Source: Adineta vaga
Lineage: Eukaryota > Animalia > Rotifera
Length of the DNA: 64,000 bases
Direction of reading: 5' to 3'
NCBI GenBank assembly: GCA_021613535.1
Contig: CP075492.1
Span: 11,718,001-11,782,000 of the forward strand
The notes below the pieces were generated by a model, which was not told the origin of the DNA, ran no database searches, and worked only from the letters and a program-made list of their open reading frames with translations. Positions 1-12,205 of this stretch are shown in pieces. Position numbers and translations under genes: made by a program. Position 1 is the stretch's first letter. Each line of letters begins with the position of its first letter.

Positions 1-141
1 TTTTAGGTCACTATCAAGATATGGATATGCTTTATATTTATTTTCTTTATGCATATTTTTTTCTTAACATTTGTTCTATTTATTGAACTGTGAATTAATT
101 CATTGTAAACTTGTTTAGATTTCGTGTTGTATTCCAGCACG

Positions 142-1140
142 ATGGGTCGATCACGTAGTCCGTCGAATAAAAAACATAAACATCGCAAATCGTCTCGCGA
201 TCGTGACAGATCAAAAGATCGAAGTGTAGCTAGTTCATCACAACGACATAAATCACGTTCACCTGATCGAGAGAAAAAATCGAAACGGTAAGATGAATAC
301 AGGTCGATCTGAACATATCTGATCCTATCTCTGTATTTAGATCTCGTCGTCGATCGAGTGAATCATCCAATGATGGCCGCGATGATTCAGTCTTAGCAAT
401 AGGTCGAATGGCAAGCATCAGTGAATTAACTGATTTAACAGCTCGTAAAAAAGCCGAAGTAGAACGGTTAGCTGAACTCGAACGAGAACGCATGCAATTA
501 TTGTAAATACTGATTGATTTCATTGAACTTGTGCGTTCAGACCAGAATTTTCTTTGTCTTAGACGTCAAAAAGAAACTCGTGAAAATTTAATTCAAACTG
601 AAGTTGAACGTCGTGTCAAAGAAATTGTTGAAACACGTGTACGAGAAGAATTAGAACGTCGAAAAGATGAAATTGAAAATGAAGTTAAACGACGTGTTGA
701 TGTTCTTAAACGATCTATGGAAAAACAAATGTTACTTGAACTTGAAAAACGAAATAATGATGAAATGCGAAGATTAATTTCTAAAGAAGTGAGTTTATTG
801 AATAGAAGTTTATTTTTTTTCCTTATATGAAATTTTTGCAGGAAGACGAAAGAAAGAAACGTGAAGATTTAGAACGAATTCTTGCAGAAAATGAACGTAA
901 ATTGTCGGAAGCAGAAAAACGTATCGTAAGTAGAAACATTCTTTTGAATTGATGATATTTTTCTTTTGTTTTTAGGCTGAAGAAGAAGAAAAACTACGTA
1001 CTGAACAATTACGTCTAATGGAAGATCGTGAACGATTCGAACGACAATTAGGCAAGCAACATGCCAAAGAACAAAATCTTATTCTCGGAAAGAATAAGAC
1101 AAGAGAAAAAATTTCCTTTTCTTTAAATAGTGCTCGCTAA
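142..1140 (+). CDS. ARGLU1: Arginine/glutamate-rich protein 1 (5 exons)
   Basis: ATG at 142 (MGRSRSPS..., RS-rich N-terminus). E/R coiled coil (EVERRVKEIVETRVREELERRKDEIENEVKRRV). C-terminus EQNLILGKNKTREKISFSLNSAR* resembles the ARGLU1 tail. GT-AG introns join the exons in frame. Confidence 0.92.
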
Positions 1141-1533
1141 TATTCTCTTTTGTTTGTTTTGGACTTGTACAGTTTTCTTCTTTTTGTGTATTAAATGAAA
1201 ACGTTGCTTCAATTCAGTCTTTCTTCATTTCAGATGAATAATATGAAATACATCTTCGACAACAATCGAGTAAGTGTATGCCATTTTAAATGAATCGATG
1301 ATCATTCATGTACAGCTGTTGCACATTCGTTCTTTTTTGTACTGGAATATATTTTTTTATTTGAAAAGAAAATATCATTAGCTATTCGTAGCCACACCCT
1401 GGTCACGAATTTTATTTGTCAAGCTGATGCCAACATAAAGATATAAATATCTATGTTTTCCTTTTTAGAAATGATTAGAATCTTTCACTAATAAATTTTT
1501 GACATAAATTGTATTCGATTTCAAACATCTGTA

Positions 1534-3548
1534 ATGGGTACTTTATCAGAGGTTTGTTCGAATTCAAAAACAATTGTAATTAGTAAAAATAATTCTTTAT
1601 TTTTCGTATTTTTAGGCCGGTGCTGATCGACTTGCTAGTGAAGACAATAAAAAGGATAGTGGTGAAAAATTTGCACGAGCAGATGTTAGTTCATCTTACT
1701 ATTCGACTGTATTTATACTTAAATTACTTTTTGTTTTAATAGAGTGAAGAATGTTCAACAAAAACATCACTCATTTTCTCACTTAATGAAGAAGTTGGTG
1801 CTTTAGCAAGAGCCCTACATGTCTTCGAGGTAAGACGAGATATCCTATTCGAAGAATCTTTCTTATTCTGACCATTCATTTAGTTGTTCATATTTTTTTA
1901 ATCAGGTTCGAAATTCTAAGCGCTATTGCTTCTTCTTCTTGATAATGATTACTAATAATACATCTTTCTTCTGTGAGAGCATAAACATTCTTTGACCTCT
2001 TTTTTGTTTTAGAAACATGGTATCAATTTACTTCATATCGAATCTCGTCTATCACGTCAAAATAAATGTGACCATGAATTTTATGTTGAATGTGATAATA
2101 GTATGGGTAGTGTTGCTGATGCTATTAAACAATTACGACAAGAATCGAAATATATCCATGTTCTATCACGTGCACATCGATCATTGGATGAATCTGGTTT
2201 GTTCTCTCTCGCATTTAACCGTGGAATTTCGATGGAATCTCTTTATTTAGTTCCATGGTTTCCAAGAAAGATGCGTGATTTAGATCAATTTGCAAATCGG
2301 GTTCTTTCATATGGTTCAGAATTAGATTCTGATCATCCAGGTTTTCGTGATGTTCTCTATCGTAAACGTCGAAAAGAATTTGCTGATATTGCTCATCAAT
2401 ATCGACATAATCAACCAATTCCACGTGTTACATATACAGAACAAGAAATATTAACATGGGCAACAGTTTTTCGTGAATTAACACAACTTTATCCAACACA
2501 TGCGTGTAAAGAATTCAATAACGTTTTTCCATTATTGGTGGATAATTGTGGTTATAATGAAACTAATATTCCACAATTAGAAGATGTTTCACAATTTCTT
2601 CAAGATTGTTCAGGTTTTCGTCTTCGACCAGTTGCTGGTGCGTAGAAAATTTCCTCTTGATTGATCATTGATTATCGAACATGATTTTAGGCCTTTTATC
2701 ATCACGAGATTTTCTTGCTGGCTTAGCTTTTCGTGTATTTCATTCAACTCAATATATTCGCCATCATAGTGTACCAATGTATACACCAGAACCGGATGTG
2801 TGCCATGAATTACTCGGTCATGTACCACTTTTTGCTGATCCAGATTTTGCAGAATTTAGTCAAGAAATTGGCATGGCTAGTTTAGGTGCACCAGATGAAT
2901 ATGTCACTCGTTTAGGTAAAATGAAAAGAACTATTGATCTAAGAATTATTTGATTTTATTTCATTAGCGACATTGTATTGGTTCACTGTTGAATTTGGTC
3001 TGTGCGTTGAAAATGATGAACGAAAAGCATATGGTGCTGGTCTTCTATCATCATTTGGTGAATTACAAGTAATTTATATTTATTATATGAAATCAAATAT
3101 TGATTTTCTTTTTCGTCGATAGTATTGCTTAACGGATAAACCATCAATAATGCCATTTGATCCATTTCGTGCTTCGATTCAACCGTATCCAATCACAAGT
3201 TTTCAACCAACGTATTTTCTTGCTGAAAGTTTCAAAGATGCCAAAGAAAAATTACGGTACAAGTCAAATTCATTTGTCTTTGTTCCAGTCAACTCTTCTT
3301 TCTATTTAGACAATATGCAATGACTATTCCACGACCATTCAGTGTGTATTATAATCCTTATACACAAAATATTGAAGTCATTGATGGTAAAGAACAAATT
3401 ATTAATATGGTTCGAACTTTACGAAGTAAAAGATAACAAAAAACGTCCTAGTGAACGTAATTTTCTATATGTTCATTATTTAGATGATATGGATATGGTT
3501 CTTGATGCTCTCCGAAAAACGGAAGTGACAACAACGAAAACAATTTGA
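1534..3548 (+). CDS. PAH: Phenylalanine-4-hydroxylase (multi-exon)
   Basis: ACT domain [33 protein letters not shown]. Catalytic motifs [24 protein letters not shown] (Fe-binding His) and [20 protein letters not shown] lacks the TH-specific Asp, and YW rather than YF argues against TPH. Confidence 0.93.
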
Positions 3549-3686
3549 ACTTTTTTCTGAATTTTTTCTTCTTTTTTTATGTATATTTTTAACTTTCTTC
3601 GGTGGTAGATAACGGTGATGGGAATATAATATGATTTACTTTTTAGATTTTCTTTGTATTGATAAAAAGAAAAAGAAAGGGAACGA

Positions 3687-4752
3687 ATGAGACAATTATT
3701 TACAATCAGTGGACGATATGCTACCACTGAAGATATATCGGTTTCACCACAGGTGGGCTATACAAATAAAATCAAGTTATAATTATGTATATTATTTAGA
3801 TATACATAAAAATCTTCTGAGAAAATTTTGCTTCTTCTTATGCTTCTATATATATATATGTGCGTGTGTATAATGTGGTTCACTAATATTGATATGGACA
3901 ATAGATCGTTGTGTTATCGAAGGTGAGAGAGTAAAAGAAAGCTGTAATTGCTTGTTGTGCTTGATTGATTATGATCGAAAAAATTGTTTGTTAATGTAAT
4001 TGTATTTCATTTTATAGACATCGGGTTTATCATGGAATACACGATTGAAAGGTTTTGGAATTTGTTTACTTGTAGGAAGCGTACTTGGTATTGTTGTAAG
4101 TTATACTCATACGAACTAAATTAGAATGTATTCTTATGACATTTTAGGCCGTTATCGTCTATTTTGCGGGTGGTAATTTATCGGGTTTTGCTATTCTTTA
4201 TAGTTTTGCAGTTATTTTCTCTCTTGGATCGTAAGTTTATTTAGATGATTTTTACTTCTATCTATTCTATATTTCACTTTTAGTACATTCTTTTTGATGG
4301 GTCCAATGAATCAATTGAAGAAAATGTTTGATTCTTCTCGATTTATTGCTACAATCATCTTTCTCGTAATGATCTTGATTTGACTTCTTTTTAATTGAAC
4401 TTATCGTTCTTCTTGATAGATCTGTGTGGTCATGACACTCGTCTCAGCAATTGCTGTAAGTTGAAACTAAACTGAAGTTTGTTTCACTTTACATCTGAGT
4501 TTTTTAGATAAAAATTAGCATCCTTGTTCTTTTATTTGTTATACTTCAAATGTTGGCTTTGGTAAGCTAATTGGAGAAATGATTGAAACAAGAAAAGATG
4601 AATAATTTCATTCTTTTTTTAGCTTTGGTATACGCTCAGTTACATTCCATATGCACGGTAAATTGATTTTCTTTTATTCATATTTCATTTCATAAAACTT
4701 TGATTAATTTAGAGATGCAATCAAAACTTGTTGTCGAGGATTAATACGTTAA
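3687..4752 (+). CDS. SFT2D: Vesicle transport protein SFT2 (Got1/Sft2 family), many small exons
   Basis: Spliced translation gives LSWNTRLKGFGIC...FAILYS...STFFLMGPMNQLKKMF...WYTLSYIPYARDAIKTCC. It is absent from the ORF track because the exons are short. The start exon and a possible 18-nt exon (3905-3922) are less certain. Confidence 0.88.
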
Positions 4753-4863
4753 TAATTAATTGATTTTGATTTTGATTTATTTTTTCATATTGTGATATAT
4801 ATTTATTATTTATCTACTTTGATTCTCTAGATTGTTTTTAATGACGAGTATTTTACACTTAGA

Positions 4864-7299
4864 ATGTCATTATCTGGAGCAAAAAAGAGTCCAATAACTT
4901 CTGTACCATTTTTGAGGGTAAGGTCAACTAATTGAAATAAATGTAAATGAATCTTTGATTGTTTAATAGAAACGATTACGACGAATAACGGCTTTAGGTT
5001 TCTTTAATTTAACTATTAATGAATTCAATTTTACTGTGCATTTTACGTTACATCGGAATGAAAAAACTGTTGGTAAGTAAAAGAAGTTCGTTTTTTTTGC
5101 CAAGATATGATTATTTCGTTTGTTTTTCTGTAGCATTTTATACGAGTGAACCAGTTGAAAACCAACGTGTAAGTATTTCTGTAAGTCATTCAATCCGAAC
5201 TGACATTGACTTGTAATTGTAGAGTCCAGAATGGTCTTTTCTAAAAATCCCATCGAGTGTTCAATGTCTACAAGGTAAATTGAATAGCATCTGAAAATCT
5301 TATCAATTATTGTCTTTAATTTAGAATTTTTTATGCGTGTATGGATTACATCGTCGGATCATTGTCGATTATCTCTTGAATATGATATACATCTTGATAA
5401 TTCTCTTATACCCGATGAACAAGTATGTCGAAATGAACGATTCTATTGAAAATTTGATTCTCTTTTTATTAAAGAAAACTTCAGTGAATAAAGGTAATGA
5501 TACATTATGGCTCGAAATGTTTGGTTATCGATTTACTGATAACGACGAGGAGAATACGATGCCATTGAATAATGAAGAATTAGTATCAAATGAGAAAAAA
5601 AAACGAATTTTTCCAACAAAATCATACAATAAATTAAGTATCATACGGTTAGTTGATTGCATATTTGTTTGTTTATAATTGAAATATGTTTGAAATTTAG
5701 TATGAATAATGTTATTCATGCTATTCGTACAGATCGACAATTATCAACAGTTTATCTTCAACGATTACAAACATTTTTCGATGCAAATGAAGATTATCTA
5801 TCGAAAGTATGTTATTCTTTTTTTCTATTCGGAAAAAAAGGCAACGATGACTATGTTCGAAAATAGATCAAAGAACGTGAAACACGTCGATTACGTGTTG
5901 AAAGTTTAAAGAAATATCTTCATTCTCAAACCTATTTATATCAACAACGAATCAATTCTAATCAACAAAAGCAACGATTACTCGAACAAAGAAGTAACAA
6001 TCAATAATAGAATTTTAAAAAGTTTTATTTTATGTTTTTCGTAGAAAATCAATTGAATAATAATCTATCTCAATTATTAATTCAACAGGAAGAGATTAAG
6101 TCATATCATAACTATTTAGATCAATCGAGGTATGATTAATAAAGACTATGATATCGTAAATAAATTTGTATTCTTTCAGATCCATTCTTCGTAAACTAAC
6201 ACAAATAATTGCTTATCGACAAAGAGAAGTTATGCATGAAATCTATCGTTACATTTATCCAATTCATTGTGATACTCAAAATGAATATTCCATTACTAAT
6301 ATCAAATTACCACAAGCTGACGATAAGATCTATCAATCAGCATCAAGTCTCTATACTTTAGTTTGTTCTTTCTCAAAGAAAAACGAATTTTATCTTAGGT
6401 CGAGATCGTGATCATGAAATAGCAGCAGCAGTGGGATATTGTTCTCATTTTGTTTTAATTATTGCACAATTTATTCAATTACCATTGAGATTTCCAATTG
6501 ATTATCATGGCATACCAGCAGTTAAAATTTATGATTATGGTTTAGAACCAAGCGAGTAAGATACTCCTACCTATTCGTTCTATGTCGATAGATATATATT
6601 TCATTGATAGATTTCCTCTATATCCAACATCTAATCTCAGTGCATTTCGATATGGTTTCTATCTCCTCAATCGTAATATTGGTCAAGTAAGTCTTCTCTT
6701 TCCTCGTCTGATTAGTCTCTCAATCGATCTGATTGATTCTTCTAGATAATGTATCATTGTCGAACAGGTGATCGTAATACTGATTTTCGAAATACATTAG
6801 AAAATTTAAAACAAATCATTGAGAATTATTTTATCAATTCATCGAATACGAACCATCAGTAAGTAATTCAATCCTCTCCTATTTCATACTTCATTTCATT
6901 GATTCATTACTACAGTTGTCATAATGGTTTATTCGTAAGTTCAATCGAAATCTAATATAATAATAAGCCTTCTCACACTTCTTTGCTTTTCTTGTCAAAT
7001 ATTAACTTTCCACCACTCAGTGCAATGGAATGAACATCAATACTTCTTCTTGTTTTTTTTCCTCATTTAGGATTCTACTCTATCCATCACTTCAAACGCC
7101 AATAGATGAAGATATCCTTGAGATTAAACGGCGCTCAACAAATTCATCTTTAACTTTTTCTTCATTTTCATCAACTTCGACTTCATCTCTTATTGAAAAT
7201 GATGATTTCAATCGAAATGACGATATGGATTTATTTCCACAATTGAATATTATGAAACCTCGATTAGCCATGCAGATTTCCCATCAATTACAGTATTGA
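4864..7299 (+). CDS. UVRAG: UV radiation resistance-associated protein (Vps38/UVRAG)
   Basis: C2-like N-terminus (RLRRI...HFTLH...FYTSE...SPEW), coiled coil, then AAAVGYCSHFV...LPLRFPI and FPLYP...FRYGFYLLNRNIGQ, matching the UVRAG BARA2 region. Ser-rich tail. Confidence 0.85.
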
Positions 7300-7479
7300 T
7301 TTCTTTTCAAAGAGAAAAAAAAGCACACAACATTTACTTTAATTTGTGATATTTTGAACAGTGTTGTGATTTTTTTAAACTTTGTTTGCTTGTTTTGTTT
7401 TAGTATTATATAATTACAAAATTTTAATGAAAAGATAAATGTAATTCTATTTATTTAAGATTAATTACGAAAAAGAAAA

Positions 7480-7862
7480 ATGAGTCTCGATTCACAAAAA
7501 CTCGATGAAAGTCAACGTCATCAAATCATGGGGTCAGTTCAACAACAGTTAGCACTTCAAAATGCACAGGAACTTCTTCAAGTAAGGCTTGATCATCTAG
7601 TATTTGTATTTTCAATTTCTTATTTCTAGAAATTATCCGATAAATGTTTTAAAGCTTGTGTTGCAAAACCTGGTAGTTCATTATCTAGTTCTGAGCAGGT
7701 TTGAATCATTTTTAAATTTCTATTGATGATCATTTTCTTTTCTTTTCTTTTCTTTTCCCCTAGAAATGTATTACTTCATGTTCTGATCGTTATATGGATG
7801 CTTGGAATATTGTTTCAAGAACATATGCAGAACGAATCAAACGTGAACAATATCGTCATTAA
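7480..7862 (+). CDS. TIMM13: Mitochondrial import small Tim chaperone Tim13 (3 exons)
   Basis: [14 protein letters not shown]|[23 protein letters not shown]|[21 protein letters not shown] contains the twin CX3C motif and the Tim13 signature. Confidence 0.93.
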
Positions 7863-7976
7863 ATGTTTTTGTTATTAGGAGATTTTTTTTTCTGTTTTGT
7901 TTGAAATAGAAAACCAAAAGACTTTTCTAGCCATTAGATTGAATTTGATTTTCGTATGTTATAGATTTGTAAAAAC

Positions 7977-9727
7977 ATGCCGGCAGGCCAAAAGAAAAAA
8001 TCGAAATATATCAATGTCTTTAGTAATGAAGGCAAAGAACGGATGATTGTTCGCCTACCAGGTATTCATACGAAAATCTTATAAAGAACAAATTGAATTC
8101 ATATGTATGTAGGTCGTAGTTCATGTGAATGTCAAGCATCAAAACATAAACTTATCAGTAATTGTCTGAAATGTGGCCGAATTGTGTGTGATCAAGAAGG
8201 ATCTGGTCCATGTTTTTTCTGTGGCAATTTGGTAACGATTTGATAATGATCGAGATTTACAATTGTTTTCTATGTGATATTTAGGTTTGTACTCGTGACG
8301 AACGACAATTAATTGTATCGGGTACACGTGAAGGCAAACAATTAGAAGAACAATTATTAGCACGACAAGTTCGTGATCAAGATTCTCAAAATACATCAAG
8401 TACAACTGATCAATCATCACTAGTTTCATTGAATGATATTGCACAAGCGATTGCATTCAAAAATAAACTAATTGAATATGATCGAACGAGGTTGTTTTTT
8501 TTTGAAAAACAAAGATAAATATATTTGATTGATTGAACACAAATTGAATTTCAGTGCACAACGAACTCAAGTTATTGATGATGCATCAGATTATTTTGAT
8601 AGTAATAATAAATGGTTAAGTAAACAACAACGTACGAAACTTGAAAAACTTCGAACACAATTGAATGAGAAGAAAAATTCCAAAAATCAAAAGATTACCA
8701 TCGATTTTGCTGGACGAAGAGTAATGAACGATAGTGGAACACCCAATGATCAATTGTAAGTGTGAAGTATTTAAGATGTTAGAAAAGTAATTTCATGAAA
8801 TTTAGTTATAATGAAGCTCGTGCTGTTCATGATAGTGAACAATATGAATTAGAAAGTGAACGTTTTCAAAAAGAACAAGTCCCAAATTGGGATGACGATG
8901 ATGATAATGATTTAATCAACCATAATTTACCTGGATCATTATCAGCACCTCAGGTTTGTTCCAGATTTATCAATGAATAATAAAGAACTGTTATTTTATC
9001 TAGTGGATAGAACAAAAAGGTTCTACACGATCTGCATTAGGAACACTTTCACAAGTGACAATTGAAGATCAAGATCGAGCACGTTTACGTATTCAAGATA
9101 AAGAATTAATGCAAATGACTGACGATGGTATGTGTCTTACAATGCATCAACCATGGGCTTCATTATTAGTTCGTGGTATTAAAATGTAAGTTCATTTCTT
9201 TCGTATGAAGCATTTATTTCTAAATATATCTGTAGGCATGAAGGTCGATCTTGGTACACACCGCATCGTGGTCGATTGTGGATACATGCAGCAGCAAAAG
9301 AACCTGAACCATCAATAATTTCTGAATTAGAAACATTCTATCATGCAAGAAATACTGGTAAAAAAGACAGCTGTTCGTCAAATATCATAGAAAATATCGT
9401 TGAAATTATTTAGATAATATAGAACTCGATTTTCCTACTGATTATCCTACTTCAGTTCTACTTGGATGTGTTGATGTAATTGATTGTCTCGATCGAGAAA
9501 CATATGAAGAACAGTATCCGGGTGGTGAATCAGAAAGTGAATATGTTTTAATATGTGAAAATCCACAAGAACTCTATTTTAAATTACCAATGCGTGGACA
9601 ACATAAGATTTGTAAGTAGATATTTATTTACTTTGTCATTCATCTTCGTCCATTTTCTTTTGTAGATAAAATGGAAAATCATACACATCAAGCTGCAAAA
9701 AAGATTCTCTTACGACGAATGCAATAG
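7977..9727 (+). CDS. TRIP4: Activating signal cointegrator 1 (C2HC5 zinc finger + ASCH domain)
   Basis: Zinc finger GRSSCECQASKHKLISNCLKCGRIVCDQEGSGPCFFCG, then RTQVIDDASDYF, then ASCH motifs CLTMHQPWASLLVRGIK-HEGRSWYTPHRGRLWIHAA. Confidence 0.93.
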
Positions 9728-9834
9728 AAATCTTTAAATTTGTTTTGTTTTTCTTCTCTAAATAAAAAAATTTTACTTATTTATTCTCGATAATTAAATC
9801 TTAATGAAGTTTAAAAATTTATTTTCTTGAAACT

Positions 9835-11286
9835 TTACGAAGTAAAAATTCGATCATAAATAAACGTAACAATAAGAAAAATAAAAAAGCTAACCGTGGA
9901 ATAAAAAACAATATCGGAACGAAATAATGGTTCTGCAACAGTATCAAATATCATTAATAATGAACGAGAATTAGTTGTTCGATTCGATTTTGAACTTTTC
10001 ATTTCTTTTCCATCGATACATTCTCGATCAATTTCAATTTCATTCTGTTCAGTACAACTTGATCTTAAACCTATTTCTGCTAAATAACCTTCTTTCATTT
10101 GTTTGAGGCCAACAGGTTGTTTCATCCAGTTGATAATATCAACCATTCGAACAAAATAAACATCGTTAGAATGATGTCGTACTGTATGTTCAAGAAATAA
10201 TTTTAAACCTTCTTGTCGCCATTTTGTATATGGTTCATTTAACCAATAACTATCGAAAGCCATGACAAATGGTGCATGATTTGAATAAAGATGACGATTG
10301 AGATTATGTTTAAGATATTGAAAAAAGCGTTCGGCTGTTCGTGGTACACGACAATGATCACTACCAATGGTCGTACAGTTTCGTCCTTCAAAATCTTGAT
10401 ACATATGAATGGGAATTGTCCAAAGTCCTGGAAATGATTGAGTATAACAACCTTGAGAGCAATCATAATTTGCTTGAAAATCCATCGTATGTGGCCAAGT
10501 TAATGGTGATGGTTGTTTCTGTTTATAATGAGGTGAATCCCATTCACGTGTAATCAAAGTTGAATCATAGAGGAATTGATGTTCACGTAAAATATGCCAA
10601 TGAATTTGTTTATTATTTACTTCATAATTCGGTGAACGATAACCAACAATAGAAGATGGACGAAGACCAGTTAGTTTGGAAATCGTACGACGATAATCAA
10701 TTGTTTCATTATAAAAACGATATGAACGCCATGTTACATATGGACTTTTATCATTCTTTTCTTTTACACGACAATCGACAGTTGGACATCTACGAAATAA
10801 AGTTAATTTATTTTCTTGATTATCGAAAAGAGATTGAAATATTTACTCGCTCGAATTTGATGTGATACCCAATTCAATATTTCCATATTGTAAAACATTT
10901 CGAAGTAAACAATAATTTGTTTGAATATGACTTTTTAAAAACATCGTACCACTAATTGGACAACCTAAAGAAAACCTATTTACATGAAAAGAAATTTGAA
11001 TCAACAAACCATCAGGATTGAAATAGGTCTTGGAAAAAAAAATATCATCTAATAAATCGTAATTAACTTCATCTAATGGTCCATTGATTGTTATGGCAAT
11101 AAATTGTGGAGTATTACGAACTGTCAATCCACCTGGAATTGTCTGATTTGAACAGTAACAATAAGGTAATCGACAACGATCCGAAGAACATGGTTCAATA
11201 TCAATATAAGATTTATCACTAGAGGTACAATAATGAAAAAAGAAGATTATTGTGAGAAGTTTAAACATTATCCAGGGTACTATCAT
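9835..11286 (-). CDS. Chitin deacetylase-like (CE4/NodB fold) type I membrane protein, probably catalytically inactive (3 exons)
   Basis: Signal peptide, then animal-CDA hallmarks CRLPYCYCS...IPGGL...TPQFI, NPDGCPISGTMF, IVGYRSP, FLYDST, WPHTMDF and DVYFV...IINWMKQP. C-terminal hydrophobic helix. Confidence 0.85.
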
Positions 11287-12020
11287 ATCTTTTTCTTTTC
11301 TTTCTATCTATCTATATTTACAAGTCGATTCAATTCAATTCGAATATCGAACAATCCTACTGGTCGTTTTTTTAATCAAATTAAATTTGATTTTACTCTC
11401 ACAAGCTACATTACATATTGTATTGTCTAGCTAATATCAATTTGATATATTGTCTATCATATATGTGTGGAAATCTATCAACATAATACCTCTCTATGAT
11501 GATAGAAAAATTGATAACATATAAATATAATATATTTGTTTCTACCAGCAAAATATAAATTTCTTTTTTATTCAAATAAATTATCTATATAGCTACTTAT
11601 ATTTTCTATACAGTAAGCAACTGTTCTCGATAGTATCTATGTCTTCATGTAGTAATTACACTCTGATCTCACACCACATATGTTTGTTACTCAACTAACA
11701 ATAAAACTATTACGATGGAGTTATTTCTCAAGAATATACTTACTTTCATCTATAGGTCAACATTCCCATCAATTATATTTTGATATTATTTTACTCTTTA
11801 ATAGGATTCATGCAAGACAATACGATCCATAGTTGATGTATTGTTGTGTCCTTTAAATGCAAATTCATTCATAACATATTAAGATAACTGTTTAGATTGG
11901 ACTACACTAATGATTTCGACACTGAATGTGACATTTCTCTATTATCTGCACTAGAGTTAATAATAAGTAGCTATTGCTAGAACTTTTTCTTTGATGATAT
12001 AGACGGAATAACAAAGATAA

Positions 12021-12038
12021 TATATATATATATATATA
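12021..12038. repeat. (TA)n microsatellite
   Basis: Read directly. Similar TA runs at ~12981-12999, 24661-24678 and 58490-58508. Confidence 0.8.
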
Positions 12039-12205
12039 AATATATATGCATATTACTTTCGTCCGTTTCTCTAGTTAACTTCTATTTTTCTATATTGAGG
12101 ACACTATGTACTTTTTTACCGAGGTCGATGTATCTTATGTTTTTACTGTAACGAACAGTTTCTTATAGGATTTTGTCTTTTGTAGAATAACTTACGAAAG
12201 AAAAA

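Noticed and set aside
3-523. Minus-strand ORFs 3-188 and 230-523
   Set aside because: They are antisense shadows of ARGLU1 exons. The same applies to most short I/L/F/N-rich ORFs in the track, which are alternative frames or AT-rich noise.
2197-2250. Apparent 18-aa insertion ([18 protein letters not shown]) in PAH before VPWFPR
   Set aside because: It is a 54-nt GT-AG intron that happens to be in frame without a stop. There is no evidence of retention.
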